Of a stretch of 64,000 nt of DNA, positions 13,365 through 26,377 are shown one piece after another (within the stretch, counting starts at the first letter, position 1; every line of letters begins with the position of its first letter). Made by a program: the position numbers and the translations under genes. Source of the DNA: Rhina ancylostomus (lineage: Eukaryota); contig JARFYF010000054.1 of the NCBI GenBank assembly GCA_030265395.1, forward strand, positions 24,925,264 to 24,989,263, given 5' to 3'. The notes under the pieces were generated by a model that did no database searches, had not been told where the DNA came from, and saw nothing but the letters and a program-made list of their open reading frames with translations.

Positions 13365-14240
13365 GGTCACACAACATCTGTGAAGAGGGAAACAGTTAGT
13401 GTTCTAGATTTTTCATCGGAACAAATGATACAAGTTACAGAGAAGGAGTAAGAGATGATGTGAGCAAAAGGGTGGGGACCAGGAGAGATTGAATAACACA
13501 AACTAAAATGGGTGGTGAAGGCACGTCTGGAGGAATGTAAGTAGGAGCTGAGAAAAGGCCTGAAATACCATAGCAGGATAAATAAATAAAACAAAATGTT
13601 GGAAGTGTGAAATACAAACTGGAACATCTGGTTATCTGAAATTGTTGAAATACCCTGAAAGGTTCTGAGGCTGCAATGTGTCATATCAGATAGTGAAATG
13701 TTGTTCCTGGGATTTGTCTTGAGCTTTGATCAAATAACATAGGAGACCAAAAATAGAGAGGTGCGACTGGGACTAATTGAAGTAGCAGGCAACTGAAAGT
13801 TTGGGTTCAATGTTGTGGACTGCAAAGCAGCCATCCAATCTGGTTTCTCCAACATGGAGGAGACAACATCATGAACAAGGAATGCGGTACCCAAAGTTGG
13901 AAGAAGCACTACTAAATTGTTCTTTAACAATGGATGGATTGCTTGGGATCCTGGATGAAGGAAGAGGCTTAAAGGGCACATGTGGCATTTTTACCAAGGT
14001 ATGTCTGCCAGAGAATATTTATTGGTGCATAGATACTGAGTATGTAGACAGAGGACACTGGAAATGCTTGGCAGGTCAGGCAGCAACTGCGGGCAATGAA
14101 CCTAAATTATGTTTTAGTTTGATGAACTTGCATCAGGATTGCTATTAAATGTCATCTAATGAAAAGTCACATAAAATATTAACTGTGTTTCTCCCTCCAT
14201 ATATGCCGACTGGTCAGCTGGGTATTTACAGCATTTTCAT
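13365..14240 (-). mobile_element. Degenerate Penelope-like element with pseudo-LTR pieces
   Basis: 13640-13730 resembles the GIY-YIG tail seen at 25830-25920; pseudo-LTR-like segments at both ends. Confidence 0.55.
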
Positions 14241-15069
14241 ATAATTGTACAATACAATCGATATGATAACTACAGAAAAATTATTGAAAATTACTTTATA
14301 TGTTTTGTTTATTGGTTATCATGTTTTCTTCTTCTTAGGCAGTCCCCTGGGTTAGAGGATGACCCACTTCCACTGAGGAGTGGAAGCTGCCTGTGAGTGA
14401 ATTTTCTTAATGGGTGGCTGTTGCTCATCAACTACCACATGGACCTGACAGAGCAAGGTCCTGGTCAAATGGCAAGGAGGTTCAAGTTGTGCGAAGACCA
14501 GGTTCTGATGCCACATTAATTTAGTACAAACACATACATAGACATGCACGCACACACGAACGTGCGCACACTCCTTTCCCTAAGCCCCCATCCCGATTCC
14601 AATCCTCAGTCTCCTCCCTTTCCTCAGTCATCTTTTCTCGCAGCTACTTCCTCTTTGGCCCCCTCCCTCTTATTTCCCCCACTCACCATNNNNNNNNNNC
14701 CTCAAATGTCTGTCAGCCACTTGCTCACTGTAGAGTGAGACCGGCCCCACCCCTTCCCCCACAGCCATCATCACTTGTCCCTTTCTGGTGTGACCCACCA
14801 ATCGACAATCACACCCCCTCTCTAAAATCCCAGCTGCTCTGCTTATGTAACTCCTTTCTATAATCGAATCTGATCCTGTCACTCTTTCTGATGTGGAATT
14901 TCAAATCATTGTGACAACTTGAGTGAATGTAAATATTGTCTCTGGAGTACCTGCCACCAGCAAGTTAGGTCTGATCAATATTGTCCTTTGACAATAACAT
15001 TTCCTTTTTGCTTCTCAGGTTCTGGCGAGAAAATGGAGTATCTACTCTGGGCCAATGCCAGGCTCTCAT

Positions 15070-15350
15070 TCAAATCTGGCAGTTAAATGGGTGGCTGAGT
15101 GACTGGTGTAGGGGGCAGGGCTTCAGATTCCTGGACCATTGGGATCTTTTTTGGGGGAGGCATGANNNNNNNNNNNNNNNNNNNNNNNNNNNNNNNNNNN
15201 NNNNNNNNNNNNNNNNNNNNNNNNNNNNNNNNNNNNNNNNNNNNNNNNNNNNNNNNNNNNNNNNNTTCTCCCTCTTATTTCCATTTCCATGGAGCAGGCT
15301 CAATGGGCCAAATGGCCTTCTTCTGCTCCCTTATCTTGTGATATTGTGAT
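15070..15350 (+). mobile_element. CR1 ORF1 (esterase-like) fragment and CR1 3' end on either side of a gap
   Basis: WLSDWCRGQGFRFLDHWDLFWGR before the gap; ATGGGCCAAATGGCCTTCTTCTGCTCC tail after it. Confidence 0.7.
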
Positions 15351-16439
15351 CTTTTGAAATCTCCATGTCCAGGATAATCAGTGATAACACCAGCATTCAG
15401 TTTCTTCCTTCAGGCACATTTGGATTCCAGCCATTTCCATAAGGCTATGTAAACTGCACCAGGATAATGGAGGTAGACCTGAGTATCTGGAAGTACAGAG
15501 GGCATGGCACAGGCTTCACAAGACTAACATTACAGCTCCTGTACATCTGGGTATAAATCCAACATATCAGCTGCAGGAATGAGAAGCTTTACTCTTTATT
15601 CCATTAACATTTCTATTAGTGATTTAGATGTTTCCTTTTGCAACATTTTCCATCAGCTTTTTATGATTCAAAGATAATAAAAATGAGGGATTGGGAGTGA
15701 TAGGAACAGAGGAAGGAAAATTGGAAAATCCTGGAAAATGGACATAGGGATTGCTGTGTACAATAAATTATTGCAGGATATGCTGAGGCAGAGGGGAGGA
15801 AACCCCTATTGGCTCATTCATTAGTATGGTTAGAGCACCCAGCCAGAGCTAATCAAGGGGGCCTGATCTGGGGAGTTGCTCATACCAGTTGAATCTAGCT
15901 TACTTAAAGCCAGCATACATCTGTGAAGGTGCATTGTAGTTTCAGCACATGTTTGAATGAGAATAATCACAACTGTGACTTATAACATCAAGTGGGAGTG
16001 CACATGTTTTCCAATGTTACGTTGGCAGCATTGGTTGAGAAGGTGAGAAGAAGTTTTGCTGGACACAAATTGCAAAGGCACAGAAGGTGAACACCCAGGG
16101 TCAGGGAGCTGGATGCATGCCTGTAAAAAGTTGTAAGTTCACCTGTATTATCGATGCTTTCTCTCTCAATAATTACCACCAACAGTCACTGTCTGTGAAG
16201 ACTTAGGCCACAAACAGTGATATGCTGGGATTGGTATAGGTATGCATGGTGGTCGGCAGGGACACATTGGGCTGAGAGGCCTGTTTCTCTGCTGTATAAC
16301 TCGTTATATTCCTTTGTTTGTGTTCTCTCTTTCTCATTAAGCTGTCAACCAGATGGTTTCATCAACAGCTTATCATGATGGGAACCCAGGTCTCACTCTG
16401 TACAGATTTAACCTCCTATTTAACCTTTTATGCCCTCTC

Positions 16440-16610
16440 TACAACTTAAAATTAACTGTGTTCCCTCCTTCCCAGTTCTGACGAAGGGTCTCAGACCTGA
16501 AATGTTAACTTAGTTTCTCTTTCCACAGAGACGGCCTGATCTGCTGAGTGTTTCCAGCATTTTCTGTTTTCGTTTTAGATTCCAGCAACTGCAGTTTTTT
16601 TTGAATTTCA
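16440..16610 (+). mobile_element. Penelope pseudo-LTR with a minimal hammerhead-ribozyme-like motif (16474-16510)
   Basis: AGTT-CTGACGA-A-GGGTC-TCA-GACCT-GAAA-TGTT-AACT: stem I AGTT/AACT, core CUGANGA and GAAA, stem II. Followed by the family's CTGCTGAGTGTTTCCAGCATTTTCTG...GATTCCAGCA tail. Confidence 0.7.
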
Positions 16611-18319
16611 AGGCTATGAGTGAGGTCTGAGGTGAAAATTGGGAATGTGCATCAAATATATTGCATTAGATCGTCACCCAGACTGGGAGAAGCTGAAAGG
16701 CAACTTTTAGCTTCACAGAAAGCCTGCAGATCTGGAAGTTTTTCCATAGATCTGAGCAGATGACCTTTCGGTCTACAGATTCCAGTCAGTAAAGGGCAGC
16801 CCTGATTTGGCTTGGTACCCACATGTTGCATTCTGCTGGAAGGCTCTGACTACAGATGTACTTAGATTGTGTCTTCAGGTGAACAAGTAGGCGCGGGCCC
16901 CAATCTGAAAGCCCACCCCCAGCAGTTGTGTGACCTTTACTTAACTACAGGATCCTGGGAGACCTCGTGACTTCTATGAATTTGCATAGATTCCAAGCCA
17001 AGCCCACAGAGTTTGCAGGTGAGGAAACCTGTAATTCCTCTATCGCATTTTACAGTATGAATATTCATTGCAGCTACTCCCTGTATCATGCTGAATGTGA
17101 AAAGCTGTGATCCACAATAATTGACTTACACCACCGGGTTTAATTCATCATTAACTTATACCTCTAATCCATTCCATCATGGAATAATATTTAGCTTCTT
17201 TTCTTTCTGCTGCAGTATATTTCTTTTCAAGGCCAGAATAGTTAGCTCAAAATCCAAGACTGACCCATCTACTGTCCTTTGTCCCCTGACATTCTGCTTG
17301 AGAAGGTGCCTCACCATCATCTTAACAAGGGCAATTAGGAATGGGTAATAAATGCTGTCGTTTTCTGTCACACCCCAATTTCAAACCACGATTATTTTTG
17401 TAAGATTGTCACAGTTAAACTGCCCTTGCTATTCTGTTTCATTCTTGTTGTTATTATTACATAAATTACTACAATGTTACATGATCTTGACATTGTCTTT
17501 TATGTCTACAACCCAACACCTTTCTGAATCCTGATTCTCCCCTCTCCCCTTTTATGAATTTAAAACACCAATGCAGAGATAACTTTCTAAAGAGAAATTG
17601 GTTCAAAGTTTTCACTTGACCTTGATACAGTAGATTCCTCCAAGATCAATCTTCTGTTTTAAGTATTTTACAATACTCTTAAAAATATAAGACTTGTCTT
17701 ACATGAACATAATGTTAAACATTTTTGGTATATTTTGGTACCTTAAGTAAAAGAGTTGGATGGAAGTTATAAACTCTGTGTGACCTAGACCCATCATTAT
17801 GTTATTTATAATGTATGGAAGATAACAGGAAGCTCACGGAGAGCTTCTGAAGCCAAAAGCAACAATTTTCTCAAAAATATTTAAGCAGATATTCACCTGA
17901 GGGCAAAGAAGCAGCAAGGTTTTGTGGTTAGAAGAATGAGTTTCCCTCAGCTGTTGCCAAATATAATTCCAAGATTGAATAATATATTTTAACTCTCTTC
18001 TGTCTCTAGGCCAGCTAGATTGATCAGCTAATTTTCTTTTAAGTAGTTAGACCTTCAGCAGAAGTTCCTGGGAATGGAAGATACTCGTGGAAGGTTTGGC
18101 CAGGCTGGGTTGTATTGATGTGGGACTTGGGGGAGGTGGAAGGAAGACTGGCATCCAAATAGGGGAGAGCTCATGGAGGGAGGGACAGGCAGTATGGAGA
18201 AGATTAGAGATGAGAGCCAGAAAACATTGAAGGCTGGAAGCCACATAGTAATCGGACTGGATGCCAAAACAGGCACAAAATCAGCAAGAAAGAAGGTCTC
18301 TTGAATCATTGCCTACATG

Positions 18320-19200
18320 CAAGCAGAAAAGTATTTAGCCACCTGATAGCTCCATTCCAGGCTGTGGTATATTAGGCAAGTACTTATCTCGGTACATTTT
18401 AAATGCCATGAATACTTCAGCCTCCACAATCCTTCCAGGCCAGAATCTCATCAATCTTTGGGTGAAAATTCTTTCCTCCAGTTCCTTCTAATCAGTCTTC
18501 CAATTATCTTAACTCCAGACTCCCTGGTTAATTGTCTCTCTGCCGAAGGAAACAAGTCCTTGTGCTCATTCTGATTGTGCCTCTCACATCTTTGCACACA
18601 TTGATTAAATCTCCCCTTAACCTAATTTGTTTCAAAGAAAACATCCCCTACCTTCTAACCAATCTCTCTTTGTAACAAATATTCTGCAACTGTGGGAACA
18701 TGCTTATACATCTCCCCTGCATCCTCTGGCGTGCTTTAAATTGTCTTTTAAACAGTCCTCAGCAACACCATAACCAATATGTTGCACTGCCATTAAATAA
18801 CTTCTCTGCTCTTTTATTCTGTGCTTTGGCCATTGAAGGCAAGTCTCCTGTACATCTCCATAACCATCTTTTCCATCTACCCTAGTACTGCCAGTGATCT
18901 ACAGACAGGCACTTCAATATCCGTCTTCACTCTGCTCCCATTGAGTGTGCATTTCCTTGCCTTGTTTGGCTCCACAATTGCATCGCCTCACACAACTCCA
19001 GACAGTTTTCCATTTCCCCGCATGACCAATCCATTGACATCTTCTTACAGCTTAAAACATTCTTCCTCACTATCAACCACTCATCCAGTTTTGGCATCAT
19101 CTGCAAAATTAGACTCTTACATATATGTCCAAATCATTGATTACATAGCAGGAGAAGGAAGGGGACTTCCACTGACCCCCGTAAAGCCCTCTGCAAACAC
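18320..19200 (-). mobile_element. Old CR1 LINE RT/3' fragment
   Basis: GGCATCATCTGCAAA (minus strand FADD RT motif) near 19092, with a decayed CR1 3' region below it. Confidence 0.65.
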
Positions 19201-20173
19201 ACTTCCAGTCAGTAAAACTGAAGCTCCAGAGGGAATTTATCAGTCTGGCATCAGGGATTCTGGAATTTAGCCTTGCACAGAATCTGGAGAAGGTGAACGG
19301 GCTGTTCAAGATCATGAAGGCTGCTGGCAGGACAAATACAGACAGATGCTTCCCATGCCAGAAGGTTTGGTAGTCGGAAGTAATAAATCTAAAGGAATTG
19401 GCAAAGGAACCAAGGGAAAGAGGAGGGAAAGTTTGTTACATTACAGACTGCAATGATCTGCATTACGCTTCCTGAAAGTTATGGTGTAAGGAATTGTAAC
19501 TATAGTAAAAGATTAATTTTATGCCTTGTCTAATATGCTCATGTTCCAATTCATGTCTGTTTAATTATAAGCAAATTACTTTCCTTTCTGTTGCCTTTCT
19601 GAATAAGATTATAAAACTTAACAATATAAGGAAAATGAACTTGAATTGCCTTGATGGGAAACCCCTTTACTGTATCTGCATCATTACAGTGAGGTAGGTT
19701 CTTTATTGTCATTTGGAAAGCCATTAGCTTAAGTGTCAATGGTGAGAAGAATGTAATAATAAATGCCTTTAAATCTTCTGATTATGCTATGTTCAGTAGA
19801 CAGGAGGAACTGAAAAATCTGGAGACAAGCTATTTGCTTAAATTAGCATTGTTCATTTTGTGCATGGACAAGTATTCATCCCATCCAGTTGTTGATTATC
19901 ACAATAACCCAAAGTTAACCAGTAGTTGATCAGAATGATCAGTGCACATTGCACTCTGTGGCAGATTAAGGACTCCTTAACCAGTTCTTGACCTATTGGA
20001 ACCAACTCAATACCTAAAGTCCCCAAATAACAGATACCAGTGACCCAAAATTGTAGGTCCATCTCACTAAATAGTTTCCAGGCATTGTCCTGCATCAGAT
20101 AAGGTAGTAAGCTCCCATAAGATACATTATTTATAAAGCCAGAGGAATAGCCTGGACAATTACCTTTTGCTTT

Positions 20174-20247
20174 TGTCACAATGTTGATCTGAGCAAACTC
20201 ACAGAGAACCCAAATGCAGCACACTGATACAAGACTGGAGTCAGGAT
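20174..20247 (-). mobile_element. Fragment of the same LTR family (3' end, reversed)
   Basis: TGTCACAATGTTGATC...GACTGGAGTCAGGAT is the reverse complement of the LTR 3' end at 47341-47415; runs into an N gap. Confidence 0.8.
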
Positions 20248-20322
20248 NNNNNNNNNNNNNNNNNNNNNNNNNNNNNNNNNNNNNNNNNNNNNNNNNNNNN
20301 NNNNNNNNNNNNNNNNNNNNNN

Positions 20323-21090
20323 GATGGAGGGGAGTTCACTTTCCTCAATCTCTGCAGGAAGTAGAGGTGTTTCTGGGCTTTCTTAATGAGGGCTGTGGTG
20401 TTGATGGACTAGTTCAGGTCATCAGCAATGTACACCCCCAGGAACCTGGTGCTGCTGACTTGTTCCACCACAGACCCGTTTACAGTCAGCGGGGTGTGCA
20501 CACGGCGACCCTTCCTGAAGTCCACTATCCATCTCCTTAGTCTTCTCCACATTCAGGAAGAGGTTGTTATTGCTGCACCACAAGACCAGTTGCTTCACCT
20601 CCTCGCTGTAGAGTGTTTAATCGTTGTTTGTGACGAGACCCACCACTGTCGTGTCGTCGGCAAATTTAACAATGATTGGAGCTGGATCTGGCCTCGCAGT
20701 TGTGAGTCAGCAAGGTGAACAGGAGCGGGCTGAGCACACAGCCCTGAGAGGAGCCAGTGCTCAGTGTGATGGTGCTTGAGGTTTTCTCCCCTATTTTGAC
20801 TAACTGCAGCTTGCAAGTGAGAAAGTCCAGTATCTAGTTGCAGAGAGGTGTATTGAAGCCCAATATGCTCAACTTCCTGATCAACTGTTGTGGGATGATG
20901 GTGTTGAATGTGGAACTGAAGTCGATGAACAGCATTCTGACACATGTATCTTTTTTTTCCAAGTGAGTTAGTGCTGAATGCAGGGCAGAGGATACTGCAT
21001 CATCTGTGGAGCTGTTGGCTTGGTATGCATATTGGGGATCCATGGTTGAGTGAAGGATGGATCTGATGTGCCTCATGACTAGCCTCTCAT
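20323..21090 (-). mobile_element. Rex1/Babar-like LINE RT fragment
   Basis: [53 protein letters not shown] and downstream KF(A)DDTTVVG-like sequence. Confidence 0.85.
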
Positions 21091-21449
21091 CAATGTTGTC
21101 AACTCTTTGTCAACTCTTTCCTTTTCTTCTGTCTCTTCTGCCAGTCCTTTGGTTCAGCATTTGCTCCTCCACAGGTGACATGTTTTCAAAGGTATGATAT
21201 TAATTAGTTTGCAATTTCAGAATTTGTTGTTCTACTGGAAATACTTAAAGCTAGTCTAACCACATTCTGACATGCATTCAAACTAAATGTTATTACTGGT
21301 GAGTAAGCATGATGATTCCTTTGTGTATGAGGTGTATAATTATTGAGTAATCATGAACCATCCCTTCAAGGAATTTCACTTTGAAGAACATAGCCTACTC
21401 ATCAACATTCTTGTAGATTTTATGAGGAGATAACAAACAGGGAACTGCA

Positions 21450-22410
21450 TTTGGTGTAGTCTACATGGATTTAAGCAAAGTTTTTGAGAAAGCTCCATGT
21501 GATCAGAAAAATATAAACTAATGGAATCCCATGGATAGGGGCAAGTTGGATTAATGATTAGCTTTGTGGGAGAAAACGAAAGGACATGGTTGATGCACAG
21601 TGTGGACAAGGAAACTCAGTGCAGGAAGTTTCCACAGGTCTTGTACTAGTCCCATACTTCTTGTGGTATATATTTAGACAAATGCAGGAGCCATAATTAA
21701 AACGTTTGTCAACTGCATCAAAACTGGCAATGTGGTCAACTGTGAGAAGGTCCTAGGCTGCCAGAAGATAGCAATGGACTGATTAGATAGGCGCAAACAT
21801 GGCAAATGAAACTGAGCTCACTGATGTGCAAGGCAATGAAATTGGAAGGAAATCAATGCAAACAGTACACTACAGTTGGTGGGATTCTAAGAAATGTAGA
21901 GAAACAGGGGAATCTTGAAACTTGTCCACAAATCTCTGAAGGCAACAGGACAGGGAGATGAAGTGGTTACGAAGACACAAAAGATACTCACCAGATCAGC
22001 ACACAAGATAAAAGCAGAAAGATTATTCTAAACTGTATGAAACACTTGTTCGGCCACAGCTAGAGGTGAGTGTGCTGTTCTGGTTACCGCACTATGAGAC
22101 AGATCTGGTTGGTACTAGGGGAGATGAGACGGGAGTCACAAGAATGTTGCCAGGACTGGAAAATTATTGAAAGGAAGACAGTCTGTTTGGGCTGAGGTTG
22201 TTTTCTTCAGAACAAAGCAAGTGTTAGGAGGAGGGAGTGTAGTGATTTAATTGAAGTATATAAAATTATGACAGACCCAGGCAGTGTCAACAGGAAGTAC
22301 CCACTCCCTTGAGGAGAGAGGTTGATAACCAGGGGATATCAAGGAAAGGATGGGGAATTGGATGAGTGTTGCATCAGAGGGTAGTGAATCTCTGGAATTC
22401 TCTGAACCCC
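21450..22410 (+). mobile_element. Old CR1 LINE RT/3' fragment
   Basis: Decayed CR1 motifs: TTCCACAGG..., TGGCAAATGAA, CTGTATGAAACACTTGTTCGGCCACAGCTAGAG, GAGGGTAGTGAATCTCTGGAATTCTCT. Confidence 0.7.
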
Positions 22411-22798
22411 TCCTCCCNNNNNNNNNNNNNNNNNNNNNNNNNNNNNNNNNNNNNNNNNNNNNNNNNNNNNNNNNNNNNNNNNNNNNNNNNNNNNNNNNNN
22501 NNNNNNNNNNNNNNNNNNNNNNNNNNNNNNNNNNNNNNNNNNNNNNNNNNNNNNNNNNNNNNNNNNNNNNNNNNNNNNNNNNNNNNNNNNNNNNNNNNNN
22601 NNNNNNNNNNNNNNNNNNNNNNNNNNNNNNNNNNNNNNNNNNNNNNNNNNNNNNNNNNNNNNNNNNNNNNNNNNNNNNNNNNNNNNNNNNNNNNNNNNNN
22701 NNNNNNNNNNNNNNNNNNNNNNNNNNNNNNNNNNNNNNNNNNNNNNNNNNNNNNNNNNNNNNNNNNNNNNNNNNNNNNNNNNNNNNNNNNNNNNNNNN

Positions 22799-22875
22799 GT
22801 ATCCTGACTTCAGTCTTGTATTGGTGTGCTGCATTTGGGTTCTCTGTGAGTTTGCTCTCGATCAACATTGTGACA
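22799..22875 (+). mobile_element. Fragment of the same LTR family (3' end)
   Basis: GTATCCTGACTTCAGTCTTGTATTGGTGTG...CAACATTGTGACA matches 47339-47415. Confidence 0.8.
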
Positions 22876-24815
22876 CTGTGGAGGGAAATGGACAGTGGGT
22901 GACATGGGCGGAGACACTTCATCCGGACTCTGTCTCTGAAATACAAACATTTTGGATAAAAAAAATGATAATCTGCTTTACTCAAGAGCATGCCTCTTTG
23001 GTAAACAACTGGCACTTTTTGTGCCTTTTGGCATTTGTATTTCAGAGAGCTGGGTGAAGTGATAACGTGAAGCATTTAGATTAAGCCAGCACTCTCATTA
23101 AGTATTGACTCATGCTTTACATTCATCCTAAACATGTAAGCCCGCAGCGTTAAGTTCGTTTTGAAAAACTGCTTCAGATTTCAGTCCCTTCCTTTAGTTG
23201 GGTAAGTTTTGTTCTAGCTCTTTTCCAGTTTAATGAGTTCACCTGCACATTGAAAGGGCGTGTGTCCCATTCTGCTGGGTACTACCATCCAACAGCCTGT
23301 AACAGTTAGATTCAAGATACTGCATCTCTTTTCATTGGCTCAAGAGATAGGAAGGTGTTGAAATAACTTTTTAAATCAAAATAAATAATGCATCCTGGCA
23401 TAGTCAGTGTCTATGAGATTGGCCTGTAAACAACAGACCCCTTCTGAAACATGGTTATTGACCTTCTGAATACTATGTATGGCACAAATGCCAGGGTGAG
23501 GCTGAATGGTCTGGTTTCTTGTAACACTGATGTCTGAAAATGATCAGTATTTTAATGTGATTACCTGCAGAAGGTGCAAGTGTCCTGAGTACCTGCTGGG
23601 ACTATGTTGATGGTCACACAGACTTGTCAGTCCTGCACCAGTTTACCTAATCTGTGGGTGAATGACCACAGTTACCTTTCAGAATATGCTGTATTCAGAA
23701 CATTCAGTATTCCAGATGCTAAGGGGAAGGTTGTTGTTCATCCGCACCCTGTGACGTCCTGGTTTCCGACCAACAAGATAACATTTCAATCCCCATCATT
23801 CTGTGTCGGATTCTGATCATGTATCTTAGCCAGTGGTAACTTTGCAAAACATGTCTTCAACCATGTTTATTGCTGAAAGGGGATCAATTTAATGTACGTG
23901 ATCTGTGGGCAGATTGAGTTAAAATACAGCAACGAGTTGTTGATTCTGAGATCTGAGATGGACCAACTGCTCCATCTTGTGATCGGAGGAGAACTTTCCT
24001 TGTTCCTTGTGTTTCAATATCCAGCATATTGAAATGTTAGTTTTACACCCATCTTCTTTAATGATAACTATTTGTCAGAACCTGTCACTATTTTGTATTG
24101 CTGGCTTTGAATCGCAAGCTAACACATTCAAAAACTTCTACGTCCTTTGGTGGTACAGAATTTACACAAGTTCAACAATGTCTGATTGAAGAAATTTCTC
24201 ATTATTTCAGGCATAAATCCTGAGACTGTGAACCTTGATACTCTATCTATTCCAGCCAGGGGAAACATTGTCCCTGTCAGAACTTTATACATTTCAATGA
24301 GATCTTCTCATATCCTTCTAAACTCTACAGGCCCAGTTGACCCATTATCCCTAAAGACAATCAGGCTGCCATTCATGGAATCAGTCTGTGAAGAAGGAAA
24401 CGATTCTCCATCTGGTGAAATATTGCAAAGTTCTCCACAGGAGCACCATCTGACAATGATTGACAGCGAGCTACAAAAGAACACACTGAATCAGTTCAAC
24501 AATAGTATTTAAGATCTTGAAGCTACTCCAAATTCCAATCTCCAACTACAGCACTGTGTGCAGAAAGAATATTATTCGACTTGAAAGAGAAAACAATCAT
24601 GATTTTGATGGCAGAATTTATGAGAAATAATGAAAACCTTCCTTCTTTGAAAAAGGGTAAACTTTGAAGTAAAATAGTTGACACAATTAAGATTAACAGA
24701 CTTGACTGGGAAGGATTTTTTTTACCTTAAATACCTTGCATGCAGGTAACTTTCAGAAACATCAATTGCCAGTCAATTGGTTTTGTTAAGCCCCTAAAGA
24801 CTTCAGACTGATAGG

Positions 24816-24992
24816 ACACACACAAAATGCTGGAGAAACTCAGCAGGTCAGGCAGCATTTATGGAGGGAGATAAACACTAACTGTTTAACATTGACTGTT
24901 TATTTCCCTCCACAGATGCTGCCTGATCTGCTGAGTTCCTCCAGCATTGTGTGTGTTGCTCCAGATTCCAGCATCTGCAGAATCTCTTGTTT
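24816..24992. repeat. Fold-back (inverted) Penelope pseudo-LTR element
   Basis: ACACACACAAAATGCTGGAGAAACTCAGCAGGTCAGGCAGCATTTATGGAGGGA pairs with TCCCTCCACAGATGCTGCCTGATCTGCTGAGTTCCTCCAGCATTGTGTGTGT. Confidence 0.8.
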
Positions 24993-25419
24993 CAGTGATA
25001 GAAGGAATACCTTTGCACAGGCAATATGCCATATACACAAACTGAGTCTGATAGATGTGCTGAGTGCCTTAACAGGTACGTTAATGGGTAGGGTGACTCT
25101 GGAGAGAGATCTCTGTATCTGGTAGGCATGAAAATGACAAGTTGAACTGGATTACCAGGATGTGCGGGTGTTGAGACAACAGTTGAGCTACTCAATAAAT
25201 TCACAAGCAGCTTAATGCAAAGGATGTGGTGCAGCATGAAAATACACCGGCTGGTTGATCATTTGAAAAAGCTAAATACAATTCTAACTCATCCATCCAG
25301 CAGCAATTTGCAATCCTACCCACACCTTAGGGTACCCACATAGTGCCTTTATTAGTATCAATGCAAAGTCACTCTTTGCCATTTTTTGTACCATGCCCTA
25401 ACAACCTGGTTTGGGCTAG

Positions 25420-26246
25420 AAACAGAAACACTCAGCTGGTCAGGCAGCATATTTAGAAAGAGAAAGGTCATGAATCCACCATTCAAGTGGGAAAGAGTGA
25501 AAGACAGTCAGTTTGAAATCAAAGAGAGAAGGGGGAGGGGTGGATAAGATAAGATAATGGGGGACCTCTGATGGGATGAAACCAGAGCTGCTATGGGGCC
25601 ATTAGATGAAGTCATAAGTTGACACATTAATGAGGGGAAACTAGAGAGAGAACATGAACAAAGGACACAAGAGTTGTGAACTGAGGGCAATTAGAGAGAG
25701 AGAGAGACACAGAACACAGACAAAGGAACATAAAGGCTGCAAAAAGCTGAACTGTCAGAAAAGCCCAGAAGGCCAGGCAGTGTTAGTTGAGAGAGAAAAA
25801 CTAAACCAACGTTACAGAAAAAGTGAGTGACCTGAAGTTTTGGAATTCGATTTTGAGTCCGGAAGGCTGCAATGTGCCCAGGAGGAAGATGAGGTGTTTT
25901 TCCTGCAACTTACATTGGACCTCATTAGAACAGTGCAGCAGGCCACAGATAGATACATCAAGCAGAAGTCAGATGGAGAATTAAATAAAAGGATAGTTCC
26001 ATGGAAAGGTGTCATGAGAAGAAGAATGGTTGGTGGAGATGGAAGAGCACACTAGAGGCAGGGAACAATCCCACTGGAAGACAAATGGGGGGAAGGGGCG
26101 CTGGTGGAGGGAAGATGTGTCAGGTGGTTGAATCTCATTGAAAATGGCAGATATCGTGAAGGAGGATCCATGGAACACAAAAGTTGGTTAGTTGGAAAGT
26201 GAGGACCAGAAGGTTTCTATCCTTGTTCAGTCTGAGAGAGGGGTTG
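25420..26246 (-). mobile_element. Penelope-like element 3' fragment (GIY-YIG C-terminus plus pseudo-LTR)
   Basis: Minus strand at about 25828-25917 translates CKLQEKHLIFLLGTLQPSGLKIEFQNFR, the typical Penelope C-terminal motif, followed by pseudo-LTR-like sequence. Confidence 0.75.
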
Positions 26247-26270
26247 NNNNNNNNNNNNNNNNNNNNNNNN

Positions 26271-26377
26271 TTCCAGTTACTGCCTGTGTTTGTCCTGAGG
26301 AAGTATCCTAACTCCAGTCTTGTATCAGTGTGCCACATTTGGGTTCTTTGAGTTTGCTCCAGATCAACATTGTGACA
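26271..26377 (+). mobile_element. Fragment of the same LTR family (3' end)
   Basis: TTCCAGTTACTGCCTGTGTTTGTCCTGAGGAAGTATCC...CATTGTGACA matches 47306-47415. Confidence 0.8.

Noticed and set aside
20174-22875. Composite transposon bounded by inverted LTR-family ends
   Set aside because: No shared TSD (GCTTT vs CTGTG), the interior is unrelated LINE debris, and independent insertions of a common family explain it.
22247-23075. Long ORFs containing X runs (also 27582-28381, 44193-44634, 49595-50103, 57201-57587)
   Set aside because: Their length comes from N gaps, so they carry no coding evidence.
23400-24620. Possible coding exons in unique sequence downstream of mir-142
   Set aside because: Some minus-strand donor-like sites exist, but the frames I checked stop early and give no recognisable protein.
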